Assembly (NCBI GenBank): GCA_964536515.1 | Contig: CAZHXI010000005.1 | Coordinates: 2,178 to 66,177 of the forward strand | DNA from: an uncultured Gammaproteobacteria bacterium | GTDB lineage: Bacteria; Patescibacteriota; Patescibacteriia; CAYZDG01 | DNA length: 64,000 bases | Direction: 5' to 3' | Position numbers and translations under genes: made by a program | Notes under the pieces: model-generated | Told to the model about the DNA's origin: nothing | Databases searched by the model: none | What the model saw: only the letters and a program-made list of their open reading frames with translations | In this document: piece by piece, positions 1 through 8,963 of the stretch | Layout: each line of letters starts with the position of its first letter | Position numbering within the stretch: the first letter of the stretch is position 1

Positions 1-52
1 AACGGGGGCAAGTTGGCGTTATCACGAACCTTTCGAAGAAGGAGGAAAGGCA

Positions 53-343
53 ATGCCCCAATACTGGAACACCACCGGACCGCTCACCGTTGTCCTGACC
101 ACGGAAGGACTGGGTAGCCCGCGGATCGAATTCATCCAACGTCGCTACGGAAATTTGGTTACCCTCGAAGGCAACCGACTAGGCATCTCCAAGGACGGCG
201 GCTGCCAGCAGTCCGTAGATAGCATTACGCTGTCGTTCTCTGGCCGGCCGATTGACTGCATGTACCTACACTACAGCGACATTGACCACATCGAAGATGC
301 AGCTGGGAATCCCGTCTGGGAGCCAGCTGCAGCCCACGCCTGA
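53..343 (+). CDS. hypothetical small protein (96 aa)
   Basis: Strong Shine-Dalgarno GAAGGAGGAAAGG lies 4 nt upstream of the ATG; a terminator hairpin follows the stop. Confidence 0.5.
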   Translation: MPQYWNTTGPLTVVLTTEGLGSPRIEFIQRRYGNLVTLEGNRLGISKDGGCQQSVDSITLSFSGRPIDCMYLHYSDIDHIEDAAGNPVWEPAAAHA

Positions 344-353
344 AACGAACCCG

Positions 354-400
354 CCCCGTAGTGAGAGCTTAAACGCTCTACTACGGGGCTCAATTTTTTC
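354..400 (+). terminator. rho-independent terminator (9-bp stem CCCCGTAGT/ACTACGGGG followed by TTTTTT)
   Basis: Perfect inverted repeat followed by a T-run, read directly in the sequence. Confidence 0.6.
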
Positions 401-402
401 CG

Positions 403-1014
403 CTACAGCAGCACCGCTACGAGGAAGCAGGCCAGCGGGATGGTTAGGTTGTCGTCGAAGCCGCGGGGCGTGAATACCTCCGCCAACGAAGCGGCAGCTG
501 CCAATGCGAACGCTGCGAAGAACGAGATTGGCAGCAGCCACCACGCCAGCGCCGCGGCCAGGACGAAGCCCAGCAGTCCGGTCCAGCGGCGGTTGCGGCG
601 CACGTGCGGGCCGCCCAGCATCGGCCCGAGAATGGCGGAGAGCGCGTCGCCCACGGTGAGCATTACCAAGCTGGCCGCGGCCGCAACCGCCGCCCGCTCC
701 GGCGTCGTAACGTGCGCCTGCTCTAGCACCTTCGCCAGGACGAGGACGACCAAGCTACCCAGGAACAGGTAGGTTGCTCCCAGCCACTGGCCAGACTCAC
801 GGGGCCGGATGACGTGCTGCACCACCCAGCGCTGCCACAGGCCGTCAGACGAGGCACGCCGCCGGTACTGCTCGGCAACCAGGGCAACTAGGGTAGCTCC
901 CAGGGCCAGGAACAAAGTTACATCTAGCCCCGCGAGCGCCAGGGCAATGACCATCCATACCTGCGCAAGGTGCACGAGCTGCCGCAGCGCTTCCGGGCGG
1001 GTGAGGCTGGGCAT
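403..1014 (-). CDS. integral membrane protein, DUF92/polyprenol (dolichol/phytol) kinase-like cytidylyltransferase family
   Basis: Multi-TM protein with a C-terminal GD..A..G....G......RRWTG motif resembling CTP-dependent polyprenol kinases. Confidence 0.4.
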   Translation of the reverse strand: MPSLTRPEALRQLVHLAQVWMVIALALAGLDVTLFLALGATLVALVAEQYRRRASSDGLWQRWVVQHVIRPRESGQWLGATYLFLGSLVVLVLAKVLEQAHVTTPERAAVAAAASLVMLTVGDALSAILGPMLGGPHVRRNRRWTGLLGFVLAAALAWWLLPISFFAAFALAAAASLAEVFTPRGFDDNLTIPLACFLVAVLL

Positions 1015-1076
1015 AGGTACCAGTATAGCAGAGCACCCCAGCCGTTAGAGCTGGGGTGCGTTGTTCCTGCGTTAGG

Positions 1077-2318
1077 CTAGCCCTCGGGCACGGGCACGAC
1101 CATTCTCATCAGGTCTTGAATGGCGGGGAGAGCCCAGGCAATGGAGCTGGCGGGGGCCAGGTCTTCGGAAATCTGACGCAGCATCAAACCCCACGTAACG
1201 CCCCCGCCGAAGGCGATATCGAGCACGTAGTCGCCGGGTAGCAGCTGGGGAACACCTGGATCTACCAGGTGCCGCAGGTACGCCTCGCCGAACACCAACG
1301 GCACCGCTGCCGAGGTGGTATTGCCCACTCGGGCAATATTGTCGCCGACGTAGCGGAAGCCGTAGCTTTCGAAGATGCTAGCCCTGAACCGGGCGTTGGC
1401 CTGGTGCGGGCAGACCACTATCTCGCCGGGGGCAATGCCCGTCTCCTTCAGCATAATGTCTAGGCGCTGCCGAACCAGCCTGGTGATCTTCTTGAACACC
1501 TCGGTTCCCTGCATCGTAACGCGGCGAAGCCCATCCCTAACCGATAGGTCGGGGTGAGCCGAGGTACCGGGCGGCAGCACCCGGCTGCTAATGAGCCCCT
1601 GCAGCTCGGGCGCCTGCCCGAAGTCGCTGTAAAAGAACGTGCCGCGGCTTACGGGGCAAGCCGAGATGACGTAGGCGCCGGCGGCGGCCCCGAACAGCGG
1701 AAAGGACGCCCGGTCGGTGTAGTCGCCGGCCTCCGGCATGTTGTCGGCCCCGAAGACCAGAACGTGCTTCGCCAGCCCCGACCGTACCAACGCCAGCGCG
1801 TGCCTCTCGGCGTACAGGAAGGAGCTGCAGGCAGCGGTCTCATCCGAGCCCGGCACCTGCACGCCCAGCTCGCCGGCAACCCTCGCCGCCTCGGTGGGCC
1901 AGTGCATGAACGGGGTAACCGTTGCGCCGATTATCGCTCCCAGCTTGTGGGGCATTACACCGGCGACCTCCAGCGCCCGCCGGCAAGCTTCCACGGTGTG
2001 GCTCAGCATATCCTCACGCCGCTCCAGCCAACGCCGCTGTAGAATGCCCGTTCGCGGCCAGTACCACTCGGCCGTGGTTGGCTCACCCCGGGCAATGTTC
2101 TCGCTCTCCAGGGGCTGCAGCTGTGGGATCATGTCTCGAACGACCTCCTCGTTCGTTACGATTCGCGGGGGCAGCGAGAAGCCGAACCCGGTAACGTCGG
2201 CGCCGAATGCCTCGGAGCCAATCCTACTAATTCTTGTAACCATTTCTGCCTCACATTTATGGTGTTTGTTCAGGTTCAAAAGTCGGCCCAACCCTACCAC
2301 GTCGGGTGGCGGCGTCAA
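1077..2318 (-). CDS. fabH: 3-oxoacyl-ACP synthase III (FabH)-like ketosynthase; the likely true start is the internal Met MVTRISRIG near 2243
   Basis: Active-site Cys in the AACSS context, plus HQAN and GNTSSA motifs typical of the KAS III/chalcone-synthase fold. Confidence 0.7.
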   Translation of the reverse strand: MTPPPDVVGLGRLLNLNKHHKCEAEMVTRISRIGSEAFGADVTGFGFSLPPRIVTNEEVVRDMIPQLQPLESENIARGEPTTAEWYWPRTGILQRRWLERREDMLSHTVEACRRALEVAGVMPHKLGAIIGATVTPFMHWPTEAARVAGELGVQVPGSDETAACSSFLYAERHALALVRSGLAKHVLVFGADNMPEAGDYTDRASFPLFGAAAGAYVISACPVSRGTFFYSDFGQAPELQGLISSRVLPPGTSAHPDLSVRDGLRRVTMQGTEVFKKITRLVRQRLDIMLKETGIAPGEIVVCPHQANARFRASIFESYGFRYVGDNIARVGNTTSAAVPLVFGEAYLRHLVDPGVPQLLPGDYVLDIAFGGGVTWGLMLRQISEDLAPASSIAWALPAIQDLMRMVVPVPEG

Positions 2319-3259
2319 AGCTGGGTGGGTACACTAGCCCCATGCCCGAGCTGACCCTACCCCGCGCCATTCTGGAGGCAGTCGCCTGGGCCGACGGCTT
2401 CGACCTGGCCCTGACGCCGTTCGAGGTCTGGCAGCAGCTACCCATCCAGGCTTCGCTAGCAGACGTATCCGAAGCGCTACGGAACGACCCCGAGCTCACC
2501 CCGCGGCTGCTGCAACGGGACGGCCTGGTCATGCTCGCCGGACGGGAGAGCCTCATCGCCGAGCGACGCCGTCGCATTGCCCTAGCCTGGCCCAAGTTCC
2601 GCAAGATGCGTCGGCTGGCAGCCGTCCTCGCCCGCATGCCCTTCGTGAGGATGGTAGCGGCTTGCAATACCCTGGCGCTGGGCCACGCCAAGCAATCTGC
2701 AGACCTAGACCTACTGGTGGTGGCATCAGCCGGAAGGCTGTGGTCGTGCCGCATGCTGTGCGTTGCCGCCGCCAAGCTGCTGGGCGGCCGTCCGTCGCCA
2801 CGTCGCCACGCCGACCGCTACTGCCTCAGCTTCTACCTGGCCGAGGACGGCATGGACGTCTCCCGTTTCCAGAATCCGCCGGGGGCAGACACCTACCTAG
2901 CGGCGTGGACCTCTTGGGTGCTGCCGCTGTACGACGCCGGTGGAACGGCAGCCGCGTTCGCCCAGGCCAATAGCTGGGTTACGCAGCGGCTGCCGCAAGC
3001 TACCTGGGAAGCCGTTACTCCGCGGTGGCGTGCCAACGCCCGAAAGGTTTCAGCGCTGCTGGTTGAGGGCGCGTGGAGCGACACCATGGAAAGGTTCATG
3101 GAGAAGATGCAGCGTACCTACCTGCCGGAAGCCCTGCGTGCTGCTGCCGCAGACCAAGGCACCGGCGTCGTCTTGGACCGAACCGCGCTCAAGCTGCACC
3201 TAGATGACAGGCGCCACGATATCAACGATAAGTTTGAACGAAAGCTAGCCACGCTATGA
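2306..3259 (+). CDS. hypothetical protein with a nucleotidyltransferase (Pol-beta-like) fold motif; start probably at 2342
   Basis: GHAKQSADLDLLVV matches the hG[GS]..D.D nucleotidyltransferase signature; it overlaps the fabH ORF start, so a later start is likely. Confidence 0.4.
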   Translation: MAASKLGGYTSPMPELTLPRAILEAVAWADGFDLALTPFEVWQQLPIQASLADVSEALRNDPELTPRLLQRDGLVMLAGRESLIAERRRRIALAWPKFRKMRRLAAVLARMPFVRMVAACNTLALGHAKQSADLDLLVVASAGRLWSCRMLCVAAAKLLGGRPSPRRHADRYCLSFYLAEDGMDVSRFQNPPGADTYLAAWTSWVLPLYDAGGTAAAFAQANSWVTQRLPQATWEAVTPRWRANARKVSALLVEGAWSDTMERFMEKMQRTYLPEALRAAAADQGTGVVLDRTALKLHLDDRRHDINDKFERKLATL

Positions 3260-4482
3260 CCCACGAACGTTGGAACCAGCTCGCCCACTGGGGCTTACTC
3301 GCCCTCATCTTCCTACTGCCGTGGCAGACGAGGTGGATTATTTCGGGCGACGCCAGCTGGCCGTACGGGCAAATCAGCCTGTACGCCACGCAGCTGCTGC
3401 TGTTCGCCGTGGTCGCTGCCACGCTGCTGAGCAAACCGGACTGGAAAAACCTGCGACGCTACTGGCCGGCGTGGCTGCTAGAGTTCTGGGCCATTGCGGC
3501 CGTGGTCTGGTCTGCCAACCAAGGCGTAGCTCTGTACCACGCCAGCCTTATCATCTGCGCCGTGCTGCTGGGCGAGTGCGTGCTGATGCTAAAGCCAGAT
3601 CCCAAACGGATTGCCACCGTTCTATTTGGTGCCGGGATGATCCAAGCCCTGCTGGCTATCTCGCAGTTCGCCAGCCAGCACGTCTTCGCCAGCACCATCC
3701 TTGGCCTAGCCGAACACACGGCCGCAGCTGGGCACTCCGTGCTACAGACCGGCTGCGGATTGATCATGCGCGCCTACGGCACGCTGCCCCACCCCAACAT
3801 CCTGGGTGCGTGGCTGGCGGTCGGCTGGCTGTGCGGTTTGGCGATTCGGATTCCGCTGGGCCGCGGGACGAGGGGTGAGACGCAGCGCGCTGCGTCTATA
3901 CGAATGATCCTATCTGCCGGGCTGGGGATCATTGCCATGGGTCTACTAATGACATTCTCCCGCGGGGCGTGGCTGGCGACGGCCGTGGGTACGATCTGGA
4001 TTCTCATCGTGGCAGGTAAGCAGATCTCGTGGCGTCGTGCTGCAGCGAGCGGCGCGTTAATTACCATTGCCGCAGTGGCCCTAGCGTTGCCGCTGGCCGG
4101 GATTATCGGCGGGCGGCTGCCGGGTAACGATGCAACGCTGGAGCAGCTGTCGTACTCGGATAGAAGGCAGAGCCTAACGGACGGGTGGCGATCGCTCGTC
4201 GCCGCTCCCCTGCTCGGGCAGGGCGTGGCAGAGCTGAAGGAACCCCCGCACCTTGTGCCGCTAGCTATTGCCGTAGACCTCGGATTGATCGGCCTCATCT
4301 TCGCCCTATTGCTAGCGTGGACCATGCGGCCCCAGCTGCTTGGCTGGTACGCGCCGCTGTGGGCCGTGCCGTTGGTCTCCGGCTTGGTAGACCACCACTG
4401 GTGGACGTTGTGGCCCGGCCTGGCGCTCGGCGCCCTGATAATCGCGCTGCCGAAAGCTGGTATGCGAGTAGACGGGAGGTGA
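3256..4482 (+). CDS. O-antigen ligase-like (Wzy_C/WaaL family) polytopic membrane protein
   Basis: ~10 TM segments and a large periplasmic loop, the typical architecture; overlaps the upstream gene by 4 bp. Confidence 0.45.
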   Translation: MTHERWNQLAHWGLLALIFLLPWQTRWIISGDASWPYGQISLYATQLLLFAVVAATLLSKPDWKNLRRYWPAWLLEFWAIAAVVWSANQGVALYHASLIICAVLLGECVLMLKPDPKRIATVLFGAGMIQALLAISQFASQHVFASTILGLAEHTAAAGHSVLQTGCGLIMRAYGTLPHPNILGAWLAVGWLCGLAIRIPLGRGTRGETQRAASIRMILSAGLGIIAMGLLMTFSRGAWLATAVGTIWILIVAGKQISWRRAAASGALITIAAVALALPLAGIIGGRLPGNDATLEQLSYSDRRQSLTDGWRSLVAAPLLGQGVAELKEPPHLVPLAIAVDLGLIGLIFALLLAWTMRPQLLGWYAPLWAVPLVSGLVDHHWWTLWPGLALGALIIALPKAGMRVDGR

Positions 4483-4489
4483 CGGCACC

Positions 4490-4518
4490 TTGACACGATA
4501 CAATTCTTGCAGTAAGTT
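4490..4518 (+). promoter_or_regulatory. candidate sigma70-like promoter (TTGACA, 17-nt spacer, TAAGTT)
   Basis: AT-rich intergenic region upstream of the 4563 gene; hexamers read directly from the sequence. Confidence 0.35.
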
Positions 4519-4562
4519 CTCGGATTCGAAAACCAAACACCTTAAAATAAGGAACTAAAAAA

Positions 4563-5087
4563 TTGAAAACGAGTCCCGTTGGAACCAGCCCCTTCCTAAC
4601 CCACGAAACCGTTGCCGCAGCGATCGAGGCGCTGAAACCGACCATCCAGCACCTGCTGGCAGCCGGAAAACTAAAGCGCGGCACCATGCACATCGTTGTG
4701 GTCAACCCATTTCTGGCCGCAAGCTCTGATGGCCTCGAAGGATGGGTCGAGGACGGCGGCATCCTGCATGAGGAGACCGTAGTCATCGACGACCAGATTT
4801 GCGACGCTTCTCCCTATGTCGAATTCGCCCGTCTGAAGGCGTACCAAACCTGGCGGTGCGGCTACCCCACCGGAGAAGTTATGGCGCGAGCTCCGCACCT
4901 ACTGCAGACGGGAGACACCGTCTACGGCGGATCTGCCACCTTCTGCGGCCTCATCTGCGCGGTCAGCGGTCAGCCCGCTATTATGGATGAAGCCCTGGCC
5001 GGTATGCTGCTGAATCTTATCGTGGGACAAAGTCGAATGGCGGCAGCCGAAACGATCCCCCACATCGAGAGCGGCGTGGTCGGATAA
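4563..5087 (+). CDS. GlcG/DUF336-like (HbpS-like) protein, TTG start
   Basis: The C-terminal GGSATFCGLICAVSG resembles the DUF336 GG..i..dG..iGaiGvSG motif; RBS AAGGA upstream. Confidence 0.35.
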   Translation: MKTSPVGTSPFLTHETVAAAIEALKPTIQHLLAAGKLKRGTMHIVVVNPFLAASSDGLEGWVEDGGILHEETVVIDDQICDASPYVEFARLKAYQTWRCGYPTGEVMARAPHLLQTGDTVYGGSATFCGLICAVSGQPAIMDEALAGMLLNLIVGQSRMAAAETIPHIESGVVG

Positions 5088-5181
5088 CGGTGAAGAGACT
5101 ATGCGGGCGCCCGGAACGGGCGCCCGCTTTCTTTGTCCATGCTTGCCTTGCGCTCCCCCGCAGCCTAACCTATACGCAACT

Positions 5182-5772
5182 ATGGCAGACCTCACCCGAG
5201 ACCTAGACTTCCTCTTCGAGGTCGGCTCGCTGCGCAACGTGGTGCGGGGCTGGCGGCAGCACCTGGGCATGGACTGCTCCAGCGTGCTGGAGCACACCCT
5301 GCGCGTAGCCTGGCTGGCGCTCATCATCGCCCGGCGCGAGGGCGGCTGCGACGAGGGCAAGGTGCTGAAGATGGCCATGCTGCACGACCTGGCGGAGACC
5401 CGCACCAGCGACCACAGCTACGTGCAGAAGGTGTACGTCTCCGCCGACGAGAAAATGGCGACGGACGAGACGCTCGCCGGAACCACGCTTTCGGACATGC
5501 GTGAGGTTCTTGCGGAGTTCGAGGCGCAGCAGACGCTGGAAGCCAAGGTGGTCAAGGACGCCGACAACCTGGATATCGACATCGAGCTACGCGAGCTAGC
5601 CGAGCGCGGCTCGCAGCTACCCGCCAAGTGGACGAAAAACCGGCAGCTGGTGCGCGACACAAAGCTGCACACCGATACCGCCCGGCAGCTGTGGGACGCC
5701 GCCCAGTCGGCAGACCCCGCTGCCTGGCACCTAGCCGCCAACAAGCACGTCAGGCCAGAGCGGGGCGCGTAG
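5182..5772 (+). CDS. HD-domain phosphohydrolase (YfbR-like 5'-deoxynucleotidase family)
   Basis: HD motif in MLHDLAET and downstream D residues; the ORF begins at 5101 but the Met at MADLTRD is the probable start. Confidence 0.6.
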   Translation: MADLTRDLDFLFEVGSLRNVVRGWRQHLGMDCSSVLEHTLRVAWLALIIARREGGCDEGKVLKMAMLHDLAETRTSDHSYVQKVYVSADEKMATDETLAGTTLSDMREVLAEFEAQQTLEAKVVKDADNLDIDIELRELAERGSQLPAKWTKNRQLVRDTKLHTDTARQLWDAAQSADPAAWHLAANKHVRPERGA

Positions 5773-8491
5773 ACTTGCGGTGCAGCCTGGCCACCGCCTT
5801 GCGCACCTCCTCCACTACAATTACCGAGGCGGCGACGGGAATAATCATGAGCCAGTCGTTGAGCGACAGCGGCACGGTACGCAGCAGGCCCTGCAGCGGC
5901 GGCCAGTAGATCGCCAGCATGTGCAGCGTTACGGTTACCGCCGTGGCGCCCAGCAGGTAGGGGTTAGCCAGGGGGTTCATGCGGAATGCGGAGCGGTCGG
6001 CCGAGCGACAGTTCCAGGCGTTGAACCACTGGAATACGGTCAGCGTGGTTAGCGCCACCGTGCCCGCCTTCACCAGGTCCTCGCCCATGTAGCGGCTGAA
6101 CATCAGCAGCGTGCCGGCGGCCATTGGCAGCGCCATTACCGCCATGCGCCGCACCGAAGCCGCATCGACCAGCGAGCGGCTGGCGGCCGAGGGGCGGCCG
6201 TCCAATAGCCCCGGCTCACGCGGCTCCATGCCCAGCGACACATCTAGGAATGTATCGGTAACGAAGTTTAGCCAGATAATCTGCGCCGCCAGCAGCGGCA
6301 GCGGCATGCCCAGCGCCAGTGCCACGGCGATCACCAGCAGCTCGGCGAAGCTGGTGGAGAACAGGTACTGTATGACCTTCTTGATGGTGCGGATGGTGCT
6401 GCGGCCCTCCTCTACCGCTGCGACGATGCTGCTGAAGTTGTCGTCGAGAAGCACTATATCCGCCGCCTCCTTGGCTACCTCGGTACCGATCTTGCCCATG
6501 GCTACGCCCAGGTCGGCGGCGACCAGGGACGGCGCGTCGTTCACCCCGTCACCGGTCATGGCCACCACCTCGCCCCGGCTGCGGTACGCGTTGATGATGC
6601 GCAGCTTGTGCTCGGGGGTTACGCGGGCGAAGACCGAGACGCTGGCCAGCTGCTGGGCTAGGGCGGCGTCGTCTAGGCTATCTACCTCGGCACCGGTGAG
6701 CACCGTGTCGCCGGCGCGGAATATGCCAGCCTCACGGGCTACGGCACGAGCGGTAATACGGTTGTCTCCGGTAATCATGACTACCCGAATGCCGGCACCC
6801 TGGGCCCGCGCTACGGCCGGCCTCACCTCGGGCCTCAGCCCGTCCTTCATGGCGAAGAAGGCGACGAACGTCATGCCCGCTAGGTCGCCCGGCGCCAGGC
6901 TCTTGCCGCTGCGGCTGGCAATAGCCCCGGCGATAACCCTCAAGCCGGCGCGAGAGAACTTGGTGAACTCCTGCTCTAGCCGGCGTCGCTGCTCCTGGTC
7001 CATCGCCATCGTCCCGGACGGACCCTGCAGGTGGGTGCACGCGGCGAGGATAACCTCGGGAGCTCCCACGGCTGCCAGAACGTTGCCGCCGTCGCCCCGG
7101 TGCAGCGCGGCCCGGTACTTGAGGCGGTAGTCGAACGGCACCTCGGCCAGCAGCGGCTGCTCGTTGACCAGGTCGTCGCGGTGGAAGCCCAGCTTGCGGC
7201 TGAGCACCAGGAGCGCCGCCTCGGTGGGGTCGCCGGCCACCCGCCAGCGCTTGGTCGCCTCGTCGTAGACCACGCGCGCCGCGGCGCACAGCGCGGCCAC
7301 CCGGCCCGCCAGCAGCAGCTCGGGATGGCTAGCCGGGTCCACCGTGCCGCCGCCGCGGCGCACCTCGCCGGCTGGATCGTAGCCGCTGCCCGAGACGTCG
7401 AACGCCTCGCCGGCTGCGTACACCTTCTGCACCACCATTTCGTTCTTGGTAATGGTTCCGGTCTTATCTACCGCTACCACGCTCGCCTGACCCAGCGCCT
7501 CCACGGCCTGCAGCCGCTTGACCAGGGCATTCCGCTTGGACATACGCCACACGCCCGTGGCGAGAACCAGCGTGAGGACGATTGGTAGGCCCTCGGGGAT
7601 AATCGAGACGGCCAGCGAAACCACGGTGGCGAACATCTCGCCCACGGGACGCCCGGCCAGCGTGCCGCCCACGAACAGCAGCACGCTCACGGCGCCCACG
7701 GCAGCCACGATGGCGCGCGATAGCCTACGGACGTTCGCCTTCAGCGGAACCTCGGCGTCTATGCCAACCAGCTTCTGCGCAATGCGCCCCACGGCGGTAC
7801 CGGAGCCGGTGGCTACGGCCACGGCCCGGCCGCTGCCGGTGAGCACGTGCGTTCCCTTGAATACCATGTTCTTCTGGTCCGCCATCGGCACCTCGCCACG
7901 CAGCGCCGACTCTGCCTTGTGCACGGGCGTTGACTCGCCGGTAAGGGGAGCCTCGTCTACCGCCAGGTTGCTGGCGGCTAGTACCCGTGCGTCTGCGGGA
8001 ATGCGCTCTCCCTCCTGCAGCACCAGGGTATCGCCGGGCACCACCTCGGCGTCTGGAACGATTGCCTCTCGGCCGTCTCGGAGGACTGTGGCCGTGGTAG
8101 CCACGAACTTCCGTAGGGCGGCGAGGGTGTTCTGCGCCCGCCCCTCCTGCAGGGCGCCCACGCCAGCGTTGAACAGCAGCACCGCGCCGATGATGGCGGC
8201 ATCCACGGCGTCGCCCATTGCCAGGACCGCAACGGCAGCTGCGGCGAGGACGTAGATGAGCGGGCTCTGGAACTGGCGGACGAAGATGCGCGCCAGGCTC
8301 TCGGCGGCGGCGGCCGGCAGCTCGTTACGGCCGAACTGCGCCAGCCTAGCCGCCGCACCGGAGGCGGTTACACCGGCGGCCGTTACGCCCAGGGCTGACA
8401 GCGCCGCAGCCCCCGACTTGGCGTACCAGCGCTGGTCACGCTCAGCGGGACGCCTATCCGCCGACGCCTCAGTTGAGGTGGACGATGGCAT
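5750..8491 (-). CDS. cation-transporting P-type ATPase (Ca2+/Mg2+-type, P2/P3)
   Basis: DKTGTITKN phosphorylation motif, TGDN and GDGVNDAPSL motifs, 10 TM; 913 aa. Confidence 0.85.
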   Translation of the reverse strand: MPSSTSTEASADRRPAERDQRWYAKSGAAALSALGVTAAGVTASGAAARLAQFGRNELPAAAAESLARIFVRQFQSPLIYVLAAAAVAVLAMGDAVDAAIIGAVLLFNAGVGALQEGRAQNTLAALRKFVATTATVLRDGREAIVPDAEVVPGDTLVLQEGERIPADARVLAASNLAVDEAPLTGESTPVHKAESALRGEVPMADQKNMVFKGTHVLTGSGRAVAVATGSGTAVGRIAQKLVGIDAEVPLKANVRRLSRAIVAAVGAVSVLLFVGGTLAGRPVGEMFATVVSLAVSIIPEGLPIVLTLVLATGVWRMSKRNALVKRLQAVEALGQASVVAVDKTGTITKNEMVVQKVYAAGEAFDVSGSGYDPAGEVRRGGGTVDPASHPELLLAGRVAALCAAARVVYDEATKRWRVAGDPTEAALLVLSRKLGFHRDDLVNEQPLLAEVPFDYRLKYRAALHRGDGGNVLAAVGAPEVILAACTHLQGPSGTMAMDQEQRRRLEQEFTKFSRAGLRVIAGAIASRSGKSLAPGDLAGMTFVAFFAMKDGLRPEVRPAVARAQGAGIRVVMITGDNRITARAVAREAGIFRAGDTVLTGAEVDSLDDAALAQQLASVSVFARVTPEHKLRIINAYRSRGEVVAMTGDGVNDAPSLVAADLGVAMGKIGTEVAKEAADIVLLDDNFSSIVAAVEEGRSTIRTIKKVIQYLFSTSFAELLVIAVALALGMPLPLLAAQIIWLNFVTDTFLDVSLGMEPREPGLLDGRPSAASRSLVDAASVRRMAVMALPMAAGTLLMFSRYMGEDLVKAGTVALTTLTVFQWFNAWNCRSADRSAFRMNPLANPYLLGATAVTVTLHMLAIYWPPLQGLLRTVPLSLNDWLMIIPVAASVIVVEEVRKAVARLHRKSTRPALA

Positions 8492-8945
8492 AGTTTAGGC
8501 ACGATGCGAACGTTACCCAGGCCAGGTACGGAGCCAGGAGCCAAGCAGCCGCTGGGCGAACCCGGCCGAACGTTAGAATGGTCGCGAGAATCGCCACCCA
8601 CAGCACGGCAATTTCGGCGAAAGCCCACAGCGGCTGCCGCAGGCCAAAGAACAGCGCAGACCACAGCACGTTCAGTCCCAGCTGCACGCCGAAGGTAACG
8701 TAGGCTGCCCGCGCCAGCTGCCGCGGCGCACGGCGACGCCACACCAGGAACAGCGCCACGCCCATGAGCACGAACAGCGTGGTCCACGCCGGGCCGAACA
8801 GCCAGCTGGGTGGGGTGAAGCTGGGCTTTACCAGCTGGCTGTACCACCCAGGAATGGCGGGGCTGGTGAACAGCGCACCGATGCCCCCCGCCAGCTGCGG
8901 CAGCGCCAGAGAGGCGACGAGCTTGAGCCAATCTGAACGACGCAT
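8469..8945 (-). CDS. tspO: TspO/MBR tryptophan-rich sensory protein
   Basis: 5-TM, 158 aa, with W-rich loops and the LNxxWSxxFF motif; overlaps the ATPase start by 23 bp (operon). Confidence 0.8.
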   Translation of the reverse strand: MRRSDWLKLVASLALPQLAGGIGALFTSPAIPGWYSQLVKPSFTPPSWLFGPAWTTLFVLMGVALFLVWRRRAPRQLARAAYVTFGVQLGLNVLWSALFFGLRQPLWAFAEIAVLWVAILATILTFGRVRPAAAWLLAPYLAWVTFASCLNYAIVHLN

Positions 8946-8963
8946 GCCTGAATTATACAGCAG

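Noticed and set aside
1269-2337. Numerous plus-strand ORFs inside fabH, and similar antisense ORFs inside the ATPases, GH3 gene and the surface-protein genes
   Set aside because: High-GC DNA yields long spurious antisense ORFs. They lack RBS and motifs and fully overlap well-supported genes.
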